Position numbers and translations under genes: made by a program. The notes under the pieces were generated by a model, which worked only from the letters and a program-made list of their open reading frames with translations, was not told the origin of the DNA and did not search any database. From Gammaproteobacteria bacterium (lineage in GTDB: Bacteria > Pseudomonadota > Gammaproteobacteria > Eutrophobiales > Eutrophobiaceae), in assembly GCA_965238225.1 (NCBI GenBank), contig OZ250183.1, positions 1,280,001-1,344,000 on the forward strand: a DNA stretch of 64,000 nucleotides, in the 5' to 3' direction. Of the stretch, positions 22,401 through 34,059 are shown in pieces; position 1 is the stretch's first letter, and each line of letters opens with the position of its first letter.

Positions 22401-22994
22401 TAATCTCCTGACCTTTCTTTTTTCATTCCACCAACTAATTCTTCTTTTAATGACAAAAAACCATTTTGTTCGTTAATTTTTTTGTAGTTCAAAATTTCCT
22501 TAAAAGGAAAGCCATATTTATCATCCATTAAAATATGATAGGCATTGGGTGCCATATCTATCTTAGCTACAGTTTGTTTTGGCTGTTTATAGGTTGCAAA
22601 GGAAAATTCAACAGTAATATTATCTATCACTTCATCAACGCAAAAACTAATACCCATATTGGATGGGTGGAAATGATTAGATAAACTTATCTCTTCTTTG
22701 CTATCATTTTCTATGTCTTTCTTTGGCGTCTTGTTCACCCTCTTGCTCTGCCACATTATCGTTTTGAACTTCAACAGATTCTAAATTATCTTCTGAATCA
22801 TCTGCCATTTCCGTGTCTTTCTCTCCCTGATCGTTCAATATTTTTTTAGGAAATAAGACCCCTGTGTAATATCTCTTTAATGGAAAATCAGCAATTATTT
22901 CTACCTCTTTCTCACCAGCAAATACATCGGAACCAGGACCTAATAATTGCTCTTCAATAGTCTCTTTAAATATCTTTATCTGTTCTTTTGCCAT
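19460..22994 (-). CDS. drmA: DrmA-like SF2 helicase, split by one frameshift near 22720 (track ORFs 22704-22994 and 19460-22774)
   Basis: The N-terminal piece has LLGP...P..RY.TGVLFP. The main piece has PSNMGISF, FAIGHNCS, FPTGGGKTEAY, MRYTLRLLTAQQFER, IIQDELHLL, ASTAT, LATNMLSVGID and YIQASSRVGR. Confidence 0.88.
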
Positions 22995-25282
22995 TATTCA
23001 GCCTGCCTATCTATATAATCTATCTCTTTAATCGTCCTAATCGGCATATTATGTTCTGAAATTGCTTCAATTGAAGCATCATCAAATTGACTTAATAACT
23101 GACCTTTTTCGTTGCTAATAATATAATCAGATACCTCATCGCTTAAATCTCTACCTAATGCGATCATAATGCTATTGTATTTTTTCCTGCTGATAAATAT
23201 TTTTTGATAATCGTTGCCACAAATATCCTGCAAACTGCCAAGATTTTGCGGGAACATGGTGTTTGAATTGCTATCCAACCACTTGCTAACGGTGTTTTCA
23301 GCAATGTTGCATTTATTGGCAATTTCTACTATTTTGTCATTATCCGTGCAATATTGGCTTAATATATCTTTCCATAACTTAGCATTGTCCAAAATTTCCT
23401 TGAATTTTCCTTGTTTATCAGCATCAACAGCAATGTCAAATAACACCTCTTTGTGCTGATTGTTATACACTCTAACTTTATCTCCTACACGCAAATCACC
23501 CACACTACACTTCTCTGGCTCATTGTGTTGGTTGATTAAAATAAGTGTACTGTTAGCCGACAATTCTACATCGCTGCCATCCTCAAAAATAACCTTTTTG
23601 CTTATATGGTCTTGATAAGAGTTTTGATACTCTTTGTCATCAGGTGGCTTGTTATCAAAAATTCTATATAGTAAATTATCAGCACTTTCGGGTGTAATAT
23701 CATCAGGATAATCTATGCCCGTTAATTGTTTTCTATCGCGTGATCGGTATTCTGCTATCAGATCATTATCATATCGTTTATCAAAATCCTGATACAGCTC
23801 ATACTCCAGATCATAAAGTAGCCAATTAATTGTATGGCGACTGTCTTTTATTGAGCGATAAAAATCATAATCCATCAAAGATAAAATAGTGATGCTTTTG
23901 GGCGATGGTAGTTTTTTTAATTGACTAAAAGAAATGATTTCTGTTTTCTGCCAATTAAATTTCTTAATTTCCATTTGCCAAACTGCTAAGGTTTGTCCTT
24001 TTGGCACCAACAAATAATCTGTTTCTGTTGCTTGTTGTAGTGTGTGTGTTTTGGCATTATTTTCAAAAGAAAATTGCTCTAAAATAACACCATAATCTAT
24101 TTCTAACTGCTGACAAAATTCTGTGCAACCCTTGCCAATATTGCTAAATTCTTCACCTAATACTCGCTTTGATTTTTCCTTGAAGCTATGCAATAAACCA
24201 TCCACTCCATTTTTTAAGCGGCTGTCTTTTGCTAATACGACTAACGGAAAAATATAAGAAATATAGGGTAATATTCTTGACTGTAAATCAATATAATTAT
24301 CTTGTTCTAATTGTTTAATATTGTTGATAAATTTTTCTCTTAGTTCGGTCAAAACCTTATTTTCTACTTTGATAGGTTCAATTGTACTCGACGGTACATC
24401 GCAAAGATATTGATATTCTGGCTCTGTCCATCTCCATTTTAATATTGGTTCAATGTCAGGCTTTTGCTCACCAATGCAAATAGCCTGTTTAAAATGTCCT
24501 CTATCAATATCTTGCTTGATTTGATGGTTATATTTATTACCAATAAAAACGATTGCTTCTAATTTAATATCTTTGTCAAAAATATATTGTTGTATTGTTT
24601 TATAATCTGAGACAACAAAAAACATAGAGTCTGCTAATTCAATATTTTTAGTTTCCACACCACTATCTGCAATATGTATGTATGGAAAGGCTTTTTCCTC
24701 CAAAGCTTCAAAGCTACCTTTAAACTCATTTTTTGAGCAACAAATGGCAAATTTATATGGAAAAGACCGTATTTGCTCTTTTATATTCAATGTTTCTTTT
24801 AGAAAATCGGACATTGGCTTGACCGGAGTTCTGTTATTATTTGCTGCCTCATCAGATAGTTTTGTATAATCTTTACCCAAGTCGCTTAAATTAGGTCTGC
24901 AAGTCACCTTTTCGCTTACACCCCTGCTTTTACCCTCTAAAATAACTATTTTACGTCCACGATTGTCACAATGCTTAACTTCTCGTACCTCAAATATTTT
25001 ATCCTTGTTGTTTTTGTATCTTTGTCCTTTCTTAGGATCATCTTTTTCGTCCTCACAATAATTATTTTCAAAAAAATGCACCGACGATGCAAAAATAACT
25101 GTTTGATAAAGTTTATTTAGCTTATTGTTATCGATATGAATCCAGAAGTTTTTGCTTTTATCTAATGCTTGTTTTGTCAGAGCAATATTAATTTTATCAA
25201 ATTTTGAAAAATTAAAGTCTCCATACTTTATTTCTTCATCTGATTTTTTTAAGATTTTTTGCAGATAGTTAATAATTTTCAT
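22994..25282 (-). CDS. DrmE-like protein (~760 aa)
   Basis: Lies directly upstream of drmA with an overlapping stop/start. The C-terminal VGDLRVGD...LWKDIL...TVSKWL...FP pattern resembles DrmE-family C-termini (recalled, not searched). No Walker motifs. Confidence 0.55.
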   Translation of the reverse strand: MKIINYLQKILKKSDEEIKYGDFNFSKFDKINIALTKQALDKSKNFWIHIDNNKLNKLYQTVIFASSVHFFENNYCEDEKDDPKKGQRYKNNKDKIFEVREVKHCDNRGRKIVILEGKSRGVSEKVTCRPNLSDLGKDYTKLSDEAANNNRTPVKPMSDFLKETLNIKEQIRSFPYKFAICCSKNEFKGSFEALEEKAFPYIHIADSGVETKNIELADSMFFVVSDYKTIQQYIFDKDIKLEAIVFIGNKYNHQIKQDIDRGHFKQAICIGEQKPDIEPILKWRWTEPEYQYLCDVPSSTIEPIKVENKVLTELREKFINNIKQLEQDNYIDLQSRILPYISYIFPLVVLAKDSRLKNGVDGLLHSFKEKSKRVLGEEFSNIGKGCTEFCQQLEIDYGVILEQFSFENNAKTHTLQQATETDYLLVPKGQTLAVWQMEIKKFNWQKTEIISFSQLKKLPSPKSITILSLMDYDFYRSIKDSRHTINWLLYDLEYELYQDFDKRYDNDLIAEYRSRDRKQLTGIDYPDDITPESADNLLYRIFDNKPPDDKEYQNSYQDHISKKVIFEDGSDVELSANSTLILINQHNEPEKCSVGDLRVGDKVRVYNNQHKEVLFDIAVDADKQGKFKEILDNAKLWKDILSQYCTDNDKIVEIANKCNIAENTVSKWLDSNSNTMFPQNLGSLQDICGNDYQKIFISRKKYNSIMIALGRDLSDEVSDYIISNEKGQLLSQFDDASIEAISEHNMPIRTIKEIDYIDRQAE

Positions 25283-25320
25283 TCGCGCATTAAAAAGAAA
25301 GCGTCGATCTATTTTAAAAA

Positions 25321-26070
25321 TCAACTTTTATTGTCTGAAGATTCTTGAAGCCTTCTCGCTTTTCGATGTTTGTGAATAAAAAACAAAGTCATAACTGGGC
25401 CTGAAATAGCATAGATTAAAGCGATAGAAAATAGTACCAGCGGCGGTTCGCTAGCAATAAACACAAATAATAATACAAGGATTAATATCCTGACAAAAGG
25501 AACACGACCCTTAAAATTTATTTCTTTGAAACTGTAAAAACCTATATTACTGACCATTAATATGCCAGCAAGCACTGTGATAGAAAATGCAATTATAGTC
25601 AGACTTTTAATCTCTACGAATTCTTGTGTTCCGCCAAGCCATATACTCCCCGCGATCATGGCGGCGGCGGCTGGACTTGGCAGCCCTTGAAAAAATCGCT
25701 TGTCGTAGCTAGCAGCTTGCGTATTAAAGCGAGCAAGTCGAAGTGCGGCCGATGCTGCATAAACAAATGCGGCAAGCCAACCCAGCTTGCCCATATCAGA
25801 TAAAACCCATTGATACATAATCAATGCAGGCGCTAAGCCAAACGAAACCATATCTGCTAAACTATCGTACTCAAGGCCGAAATCTGATTGAGTGTTTGTT
25901 AAACGAGCAATACGACCATCTAATCCATCCATAACCATGGCAACAAAAATAGCGATGGCGGCACTTTCAAATTGCGAATTCATGGCCGAAACAATGCTAT
26001 AGAAACCAGCAAACAAACCTGCTGTGGTAAGCAGATTTGGTAGTAGATAAATGCCGCGACGACGTTTCAA
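25321..26070 (-). CDS. pssA: CDP-diacylglycerol-serine O-phosphatidyltransferase
   Basis: LPNLLT, DGLDGRIAR...G.EYDSLADMVSFG, LRLARFN and FFQGLPSP. Confidence 0.96.
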   Translation of the reverse strand: MKRRRGIYLLPNLLTTAGLFAGFYSIVSAMNSQFESAAIAIFVAMVMDGLDGRIARLTNTQSDFGLEYDSLADMVSFGLAPALIMYQWVLSDMGKLGWLAAFVYAASAALRLARFNTQAASYDKRFFQGLPSPAAAAMIAGSIWLGGTQEFVEIKSLTIIAFSITVLAGILMVSNIGFYSFKEINFKGRVPFVRILILVLLFVFIASEPPLVLFSIALIYAISGPVMTLFFIHKHRKARRLQESSDNKS

Positions 26071-26228
26071 ATGTATTCTGCCTTAATAATTAACAATTTA
26101 ATTTTGAGAACTTGATCTTTTATAAGTCTCAATATGAAGCATACGCCGATGCAAGTAATCTATTCCATTCAATCTTTGTTCAAACAACATAAGCTCTTAT
26201 TCAATTACATAAATAAATATTTATGTTC

Positions 26229-26939
26229 TCAAGCGGCATCACCTGCAACGATATCTTTACCATGAGGGTTATTATCGTTAATCATGCTCGCTGGACTCTC
26301 ATGGATAAGATGAGCAATAATACCCTCACCTGAAGTAATCCATTGATCAAGATCAACCTCCAATTTTGAAATTTCAGAAAAGAATACATCAACCGTGCCG
26401 CCAAAATACAAAAAGCCACATCTTTGTCCTTGACCAAGTCTCTCGCCCGATTGTATATAGATCCGAAAGAATATAGAGGCGTAGGATTTAAGTCTGAATA
26501 CGGTAACAACATCATCACCTTCATCTGTTCTAACCCAGAAAGCAAATTTACGTTGCCCGTTCCCTTTCTTGCGTTTCTCTGACCATTGCTCCATCACCTT
26601 ACCTTCAACAGGACTACGGAAAGAACAAACATTAAGGCTAGACATTTTTAATCTGACTCTTCTCGCCCGTCGATTAAGCCCCTGCTTACTCATCCATGGG
26701 TCATCTGTGTCGTCAATCTCCGTAATTTTTCCTTCTACTGGACTTACAATTGCAAGCGGTGAAGATGGAATAATCCGTTCTGGATCTCTTAATAAAAACA
26801 GAAAAAAACAAAAAACCGTAGTCAAAATAAACGCAATAGTGCTACTGATAAAATTAAACGACAGCACAGCACAGCTACCTAGCACAAACAACAACAGCCA
26901 ACCTTCTTTAGCGATAAAAGTGTAACGGCTACCAGACAT
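26229..26939 (-). CDS. psd: Phosphatidylserine decarboxylase homolog with degenerate active site
   Basis: RDPER, IVSPVEGKI, RSPVEG and GQRCG, located between ilvC and pssA. The FGS cleavage motif reads FGG. Confidence 0.8.
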   Translation of the reverse strand: MSGSRYTFIAKEGWLLLFVLGSCAVLSFNFISSTIAFILTTVFCFFLFLLRDPERIIPSSPLAIVSPVEGKITEIDDTDDPWMSKQGLNRRARRVRLKMSSLNVCSFRSPVEGKVMEQWSEKRKKGNGQRKFAFWVRTDEGDDVVTVFRLKSYASIFFRIYIQSGERLGQGQRCGFLYFGGTVDVFFSEISKLEVDLDQWITSGEGIIAHLIHESPASMINDNNPHGKDIVAGDAA

Positions 26940-27061
26940 TTTTTATATTAAAATAACAAAGATTCTGCAGTCAGCACAAAGATTTTTTTACAATAAAAAA
27001 GATTAATAATAATAAAACTTTATGTCTATCATCAGGCTATTTTTGAAAAAAATAAAACAGT

Positions 27062-28210
<1,149 letters not shown>

Positions 28211-28213
28211 CTA

Positions 28214-28699
28214 TTATATTGCCTTATCTCCACGCGCAATACCTGATACTCCTGATCGCACAACCTCCAAAATATCGTTTTCACCCAGCACATCAATAAA
28301 GGCATCCAGCTTATCACCAGCCCCTGTCATTTCTATTGTGTATGTGTTATCTGTGACATCAATAATACGGCCACGGAAAATATCTACCAGCCGTTTAATT
28401 TCTTCTCGATTTTCACCCTTAGCCTGCAGTTTTATCAGCATGAGTTCACGCTCAATATGGCGACTTTCATTCAAATCAACCACCTTGATCACATCAACCA
28501 GTTTATTTAAATGCTTGGTAATCTGTTCTATCACTTCGTCTGAACCGGAGGTTACTATGGTCATGCGTGAAACAGTGCGATCTTCTGTTGGCGCAACTGT
28601 CAGTGACTCAATATTATACGCACGTGCCGAAAATAGACCGGCAACGCGCGACAATGTGCCCGTTTCATTTTCCATGAGTAGTGAAAGTATATGTTTCAT
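28214..28699 (-). CDS. ilvH: Acetolactate synthase small subunit
   Basis: ACT domain LSRVAGLFSARAYNIESL, plus ERELMLIK. Confidence 0.96.
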   Translation of the reverse strand: MKHILSLLMENETGTLSRVAGLFSARAYNIESLTVAPTEDRTVSRMTIVTSGSDEVIEQITKHLNKLVDVIKVVDLNESRHIERELMLIKLQAKGENREEIKRLVDIFRGRIIDVTDNTYTIEMTGAGDKLDAFIDVLGENDILEVVRSGVSGIARGDKAI

Positions 28700-30429
28700 G
28701 GCGATCTTATACCTTCTTCTGATGATAGATACATCTCATGATGTCCCTTGCCTGAAACAATCATCGGGTATACGTTTTCTGTTTTATCAGTAACAAAATC
28801 AATGAACACTACTTTTTCTTTTTCTTGTAATGCTTCTTTCAATGCTGATTCAACATCGGCAGACTTTTCAATATGCATGCCAATATGACCATAACTTTCA
28901 ATCAACTTAACAAAATCAGGCAAAGCTTCCATATAAGAATGCGAATAACGCTTCTCATAGAAAAACTCCTGCCATTGCCTGACCATACCCATATAACGAT
29001 TGTTCAGATTAATCACAATAAAAGAAATGTCGTATTGCAAGCAGGTGGATAATTCCTGCAAGCACATAACAATACTTGCATCGCTTGTAATGCAGACAAC
29101 TGTTTCGTCAGGAAAGGCTTTTTTAACGCCCATAGCAGCTGGCAATCCAAAGCCCATGGTGCCTAAACCACCTGAATTAATCCATTTTCTGGGCTTATCA
29201 AATTTATAGTATTGCGCCGCCCACATCTGATGTTGCCCAACATCTGAAGTAATGTAGGCATCTCCCTTGCTTAGCTCATACAGTTTTTCAATAACGAACT
29301 GTGGCTTAATAATCTCGCTCTCACGATCATATTTAAGACAATCGATTCCTTGCCATTCTTTAATTTGATTCCACCACGGTTTTATATCTTTTGTACTCGG
29401 CAAGTCTTTGCGACCATTCAATAAATCAGATAAATCACTTAGAACATGTTTAATGTCACCAACAATAGGAATATCAACCGGCACATTTTTTGCGATGGAA
29501 GACGGATCTATATCAATATGGATAATTGTTGCCAATGGACAGAACTGCTTGATATCCCCTGTCACGCGATCATCGAACCGAGCGCCAATGGCGATTAAGA
29601 CATCACATTGATGCATTGCCATGTTTGCTTCATAGGTACCATGCATTCCCAACATGCCGATGAATTGCTTATCCGTGCCAGGGTAGGCTCCTAAACCCAT
29701 CAGCGTATTGGTAATTGGAAAGCCCAGTGTACGCGTAAATGATGTGAGTTCTTCACTGGCATTCGAGAGGATAACGCCACCCCCCGCATAAACCATTGGC
29801 CGTCTAGCAGAAGCAATTAAATCAGCCGCATGTTTAATTTGACGCATATTCCCCTTAAGGACAGGCTTGTAGGAACGCATATCCACACTCTTGGGATATT
29901 CATACTCACAACTATCAGCAGTAATATCTTTTGGCATATCTACAACTACAGGCCCTGGACGACCTGTGGTCGCAACATAAAATGCTTTTTTGATGGTGAC
30001 AGCCATATCTTCAACTTTCTTCACCATGAAGTTATGTTTCACGCAAGGACGGGTCACGCCGACAGCATCAACCTCCTGAAAAGCATCATTGCCAATCAAA
30101 TGCGTCGGCACCTGACCAGTAAAAACAACCATGGGAATAGAGTCCATGTACGCAGTGGCAATGCCTGTCACACAATTAGTCACGCCTGGACCTGAGGTCA
30201 CCAAAACCACGCCAGGTTTGCCTGTTGCGCGCGCATAGGCATCGGCAGCATGTGTTGCGCCTTGTTCGTGACGTACCAGAATATGCTCGACATCATCCTG
30301 CTTATACAAGGCATCGTAGACATGCAAAACAGAGCCGCCAGGGTAGCCAAACAAATGCTTGACCCCTTCGTCTTTTATAGCGCGGACAAAAATTTCCGCC
30401 CCTTGAAGCACCTCTTTTGATTTACTCAA
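28696..30429 (-). CDS. ilvI: Acetolactate synthase large subunit
   Basis: FGYPGG, RHEQGA, TSGPG, DVGQHQMW, SGGLGTMG and GMVRQWQ. Confidence 0.96.
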   Translation of the reverse strand: MSKSKEVLQGAEIFVRAIKDEGVKHLFGYPGGSVLHVYDALYKQDDVEHILVRHEQGATHAADAYARATGKPGVVLVTSGPGVTNCVTGIATAYMDSIPMVVFTGQVPTHLIGNDAFQEVDAVGVTRPCVKHNFMVKKVEDMAVTIKKAFYVATTGRPGPVVVDMPKDITADSCEYEYPKSVDMRSYKPVLKGNMRQIKHAADLIASARRPMVYAGGGVILSNASEELTSFTRTLGFPITNTLMGLGAYPGTDKQFIGMLGMHGTYEANMAMHQCDVLIAIGARFDDRVTGDIKQFCPLATIIHIDIDPSSIAKNVPVDIPIVGDIKHVLSDLSDLLNGRKDLPSTKDIKPWWNQIKEWQGIDCLKYDRESEIIKPQFVIEKLYELSKGDAYITSDVGQHQMWAAQYYKFDKPRKWINSGGLGTMGFGLPAAMGVKKAFPDETVVCITSDASIVMCLQELSTCLQYDISFIVINLNNRYMGMVRQWQEFFYEKRYSHSYMEALPDFVKLIESYGHIGMHIEKSADVESALKEALQEKEKVVFIDFVTDKTENVYPMIVSGKGHHEMYLSSEEGIRSP

Positions 30430-30486
30430 AACCTTGTTTCCTAGCAGTTGTATGTTTTATATTTTTAAGAAAATGTAAGCTTCTGA

Positions 30487-30515
30487 AAGTTACTGATATT
30501 CTTGCTTCAGGTCAA
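30487..30515 (-). promoter_or_regulatory. Sigma70-like promoter for the ilv operon
   Basis: TTGACC-N17-TAACTT on the minus strand, about 60 bp upstream of ilvI. Confidence 0.45.
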
Positions 30516-30744
30516 GTTGTGCTGTGCACAAAATGTAATATTTATAAAGTCTTGGTGACTCTTGTAAAAGTATGTCTAAAGGTCGAGAACAACGCAAACC
30601 TTGACGTTAAGCCTTTGGCTTTGTACTGGGATAACTTTACCAAAAAATACAAAACTATTACTGGGTTTAGAACATACGTTTCCAAGTGGTTTAGGTATAA
30701 GCTAAGATACGCATCCAGATATATTTTAATCAGAAACTTTAAAG

Positions 30745-32463
30745 ATGCGAATTTCTAAATACTTGATTGCTACTCTTAGAGAAGTTCCTGCTGAAACTGA
30801 AATCATCAGTCATCAACTGATGTTAAAAGCAGGCATGATCCGAAAAGTTGCATCGGGCATCTACACTTGGCTACCCATGGGTCTTCGTGTATTGCGTAAA
30901 ATAGAGGCAATTATTCGTGAAGAAATGGATCAAATAGGTGCTCAGGAGTTATTGATGCCAAGTGTCCAACCAGCAGAACTGTGGCAAGAATCAGGTCGCT
31001 GGGATCAATATGGGTCTGAGTTGTTGCGTATTCAAGATAGACACAAGCGTGATTTTTGTCTCGGTCCTACTCATGAAGAGATTATTACCGATTTGATCCG
31101 TAAAGAAATTAGAAGTTATAAACAATTGCCGGCTAATTTTTACCAGATACAAACTAAATTTCGTGACGAAATCAGGCCACGTTTTGGCATTATGCGCGCA
31201 CGTGAATTCTTAATGAAAGATGCTTACTCATTTCATATAACAGACGAATCTCTGCAAACAACCTATCAGGAAATGTTCTCCACCTATACTAGAATCTTTA
31301 CACGTCTAGGCTTAAAATTCCTTACGGTACAAGCTGATAGCGGCAATATTGGTAGCGGTGCTTCGCATGAATTTCATGTATTGGCTGATTCCGGGGAAGA
31401 TCAAATTGTCTTCAGCGAAGAAGGCACCTATGCCACAAATATTGAACTCGCCGAAGCACCAATTCCCACAGGCAAACGTGATGAACCTCACGCAATACTA
31501 GAATCTGTAGACACGCCTAAACAACATAGCATTGAAGAGCTTTGCCAGTTTTTAAACATAAGCGCTAATAAATGCATCAAAACATTAATAGTAAAAGGAC
31601 ACAATCAATCACTCGTCGCCATGGTGCTTAGAGGGGATCATGAACTCAATAAAGTGAAAGCAGAAAAAATATCTGCCGTTAAAAAACCACTTGAGTTTGC
31701 CGATGCCGCAGAAATCAAGAAATTATTAAATTGCGCGCCAGGCTCTATTGGGCCAGTGAATATCAATATTCCTGTCGTCGTTGATCACAGTGCCTTACAT
31801 ACTACAGATTTCGTCTGTGGTGCTAATGAAGATGACAAACACCTTACTGGTGTCAACTGGGGACGCGACTTACCTGAACCGCAAAGCGTTGACATTCGCA
31901 ACATTGTAAAAGGTGAGCCTGCAATAGACGGTTCAGGCATACTTAATATTACCAAAGGCATAGAAGTTGGTCATATCTTTCAGTTAGGAAAAAAATACAG
32001 TGCTGCTATGAAGGCCACTTGCCTAGATGAAAATGGTGATTCCAAAACTTTAGTTATGGGCTGCTATGGCATAGGCGTTTCTAGAATCCTGGCTGCTTCT
32101 ATCGAACAAAATCATGACGAACAGGGCATTATATGGCCCGCTACGATCGCACCATTTCAGGTTTCATTGGTGCCAATTAATATGCATAAATCGCAACGCT
32201 TACACGATGCTGTCATGAAACTTTATGAGGAATTGCAAGTTACAGGAATCGAAGTGCTGCTTGATGATCGCAAGGAAAGACCTGGTGTGATGTTCTCAGA
32301 TTCTGAATTAATTGGCATTCCTTACCGCCTAACCTTCAGTGAGTGCGGGATTGATTCTGGAACTATTGAATATAAGACAAGAACAGACTCTAAGAGTACT
32401 GACATCAAGCTAAATGAAGTAATTAATTTTGTTAAAACTCAACTTACTGACTCTTCACTGTAG
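30745..32463 (+). CDS. proS: Proline-tRNA ligase
   Basis: [23 protein letters not shown] editing domain, [10 protein letters not shown] and MGCYGIG. Confidence 0.98.
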   Translation: MRISKYLIATLREVPAETEIISHQLMLKAGMIRKVASGIYTWLPMGLRVLRKIEAIIREEMDQIGAQELLMPSVQPAELWQESGRWDQYGSELLRIQDRHKRDFCLGPTHEEIITDLIRKEIRSYKQLPANFYQIQTKFRDEIRPRFGIMRAREFLMKDAYSFHITDESLQTTYQEMFSTYTRIFTRLGLKFLTVQADSGNIGSGASHEFHVLADSGEDQIVFSEEGTYATNIELAEAPIPTGKRDEPHAILESVDTPKQHSIEELCQFLNISANKCIKTLIVKGHNQSLVAMVLRGDHELNKVKAEKISAVKKPLEFADAAEIKKLLNCAPGSIGPVNINIPVVVDHSALHTTDFVCGANEDDKHLTGVNWGRDLPEPQSVDIRNIVKGEPAIDGSGILNITKGIEVGHIFQLGKKYSAAMKATCLDENGDSKTLVMGCYGIGVSRILAASIEQNHDEQGIIWPATIAPFQVSLVPINMHKSQRLHDAVMKLYEELQVTGIEVLLDDRKERPGVMFSDSELIGIPYRLTFSECGIDSGTIEYKTRTDSKSTDIKLNEVINFVKTQLTDSSL

Positions 32464-33050
32464 AATATTTTAGCGCCTTACTTGCCGGTATCGCCAAAGA
32501 GACCGCCAGACTTGCATCACTGTCAGCGAGCACTCCCTGTGAAGATTTCTGCCGTTTATTGGCGGGTCTACCTGTATTTGCAGGTAACTTGCAGGGCAAT
32601 ATTTTATAGAAATCCATAAGTGTTGATTCGCCGAGATCCATAGTAAGGCGCCATACGCTCAATGAGTCTCTCTGCGCCCCATTTTCCCCAACTTCAAGGA
32701 AGTCAAAGATTGTATTTGTGGATGCGTAAGATATTCGGACACCTGATTTTTTAACTGCGTCACCGATCTTCCTACACCTTACTCTTTGCGCTAGCCATAA
32801 TTCTCCAATAATCTGGTACGCATCAAAAAAATTCCTTTGATATTCAAAATTATATTTGCCAATATCTTCCATCCGAAACACTGAAAGGTTGTAGCTAATT
32901 TGCGCACCAAACAAAACAACCAAGCAAGCAACATATACCCAAACAAAAAATATAGGCATAATCGCAAACGCACCATAAAATATGGTATTAGGTTGGCATA
33001 GCCTTTATGTACAAACCGAAAGTATATTTGCTCAGCTCAAATAAGAATAA
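32444..33050 (-). pseudogene. yihY/BrkB-family membrane protein, 3' fragment
   Basis: LFELSKYTFGLYIKAMPT*, then a frameshift into YGAFAIMPIFFVWVY...LFGAQI. Confidence 0.82.
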
Positions 33051-33124
33051 CTCTGATTCTTCATTTTACCTTGTCATACGAAGTTATATAAATAGTCATA
33101 TAACCACTATATGAGGAAATTTAT

Positions 33125-33277
33125 ATGCAACAACATCCACACAGAATAAGAGTTCGTTTGAACGATTCCTTACTTGAACAATGAGAAATAGAATCACACA
33201 GTTTAGGTAGCAATCACAGCTTAGGTAGCAATCACAGCAAAGTGATTCGACTTACCTTTAAATATTTAAACAAATAA
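33125..33277 (+). pseudogene. Ribbon-helix-helix (CopG-like) small gene, disrupted
   Basis: GAGGAA RBS, then MQQHPHRIRVRLNDSLLEQ*EIESHSLGSNHS(LGSNHS)KVIRLTFKYLNK. This is a strand-helix-G-helix pattern with one TGA and an 18-bp duplication. Confidence 0.5.
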
Positions 33278-33312
33278 ATAATACGCTTGGTATTAAATTT
33301 GTTTAATTCACT

Positions 33313-33513
33313 TTACGGCAACGACCACCAAACAAGGAGTAGTCCTGCTGAAATACCTAAGAGAAATAACCCCCATAAAGTGCCAATATTAGTTTCATCA
33401 CCGTATTTATCAGATTGACTTAAGGCTCTGCTGAATAGTGCATAGCCTGAGACTGTGCCAAGAAGCAGTAGGCCAGCCCCAATAACTAGAACTATAATTC
33501 CGAAAGTGTTCAT
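33313..33513 (-). CDS. Small two-TM membrane protein (66 aa)
   Basis: AGGA RBS and two hydrophobic segments. Starts 24 bp after the PH-domain gene ends. Confidence 0.7.
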   Translation of the reverse strand: MNTFGIIVLVIGAGLLLLGTVSGYALFSRALSQSDKYGDETNIGTLWGLFLLGISAGLLLVWWSLP

Positions 33514-33537
33514 TATAACTTTCCTAGATAATGTAAT

Positions 33538-33960
33538 TTACTCAAAGTCAACTTCACGAACACGTTTTTTATCTCTTCTCTCTTCAACATGCTTACGGAT
33601 TCTCTCTATCAATTTTTCATAATCTGGAACTGCTTTAATTACAACTACAGGATGTGATTTATCTGATGTTTCAAGAATTATGTTACCTAAAGAAAATATT
33701 CTAAGAAAAAATGGAATATCTAACTGATAATCCTTAACTCGATATAATTCTAACTCATCCATTTTTTTATTCAAAATACCATATCTAGTTCTGAATCTTT
33801 CAGTAGTTAGTTCATATTTCGTGTTCTTTATTATTAACCATTTCCATAAAATTATAAACAATGGAAATACAAGCCAAAATAATAACCCCCATTTTATAAA
33901 TTCCGACAGATTAACTACTTGTGAAGGCGTTCCCAACCATACATCTTGTTCTTCTGACAT
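33538..33960 (-). CDS. Bacterial PH domain (bPH_2/DUF304-like) membrane protein
   Basis: One TM, then YELTTER...GIL...ELELYRVKD...RIFSLGNI...TSDKSHP. Confidence 0.85.
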   Translation of the reverse strand: MSEEQDVWLGTPSQVVNLSEFIKWGLLFWLVFPLFIILWKWLIIKNTKYELTTERFRTRYGILNKKMDELELYRVKDYQLDIPFFLRIFSLGNIILETSDKSHPVVVIKAVPDYEKLIERIRKHVEERRDKKRVREVDFE

Positions 33961-34059
33961 TTTGCCTCATTAATCATTCATATTCGAGTTATTATTGTAG
34001 GTCAAATATTCTTATAATAAAAGACTTAAACACTTAACGGATAACTCTAAATATACAAA

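Larger units (their letters stand above)
17600..25320 (-). mobile_element. Horizontally acquired defence island between pssA and leuA
   Basis: Visibly more AT-rich with Lys/Asn-rich proteins, and it interrupts the common pssA-leuA adjacency. No integrase or terminal repeats seen. Confidence 0.6.

Noticed and set aside
30417-30758. 113-aa ORF between ilvI and proS
   Set aside because: No recognisable motif or RBS. It spans the divergent promoter region and overlaps both neighbours.
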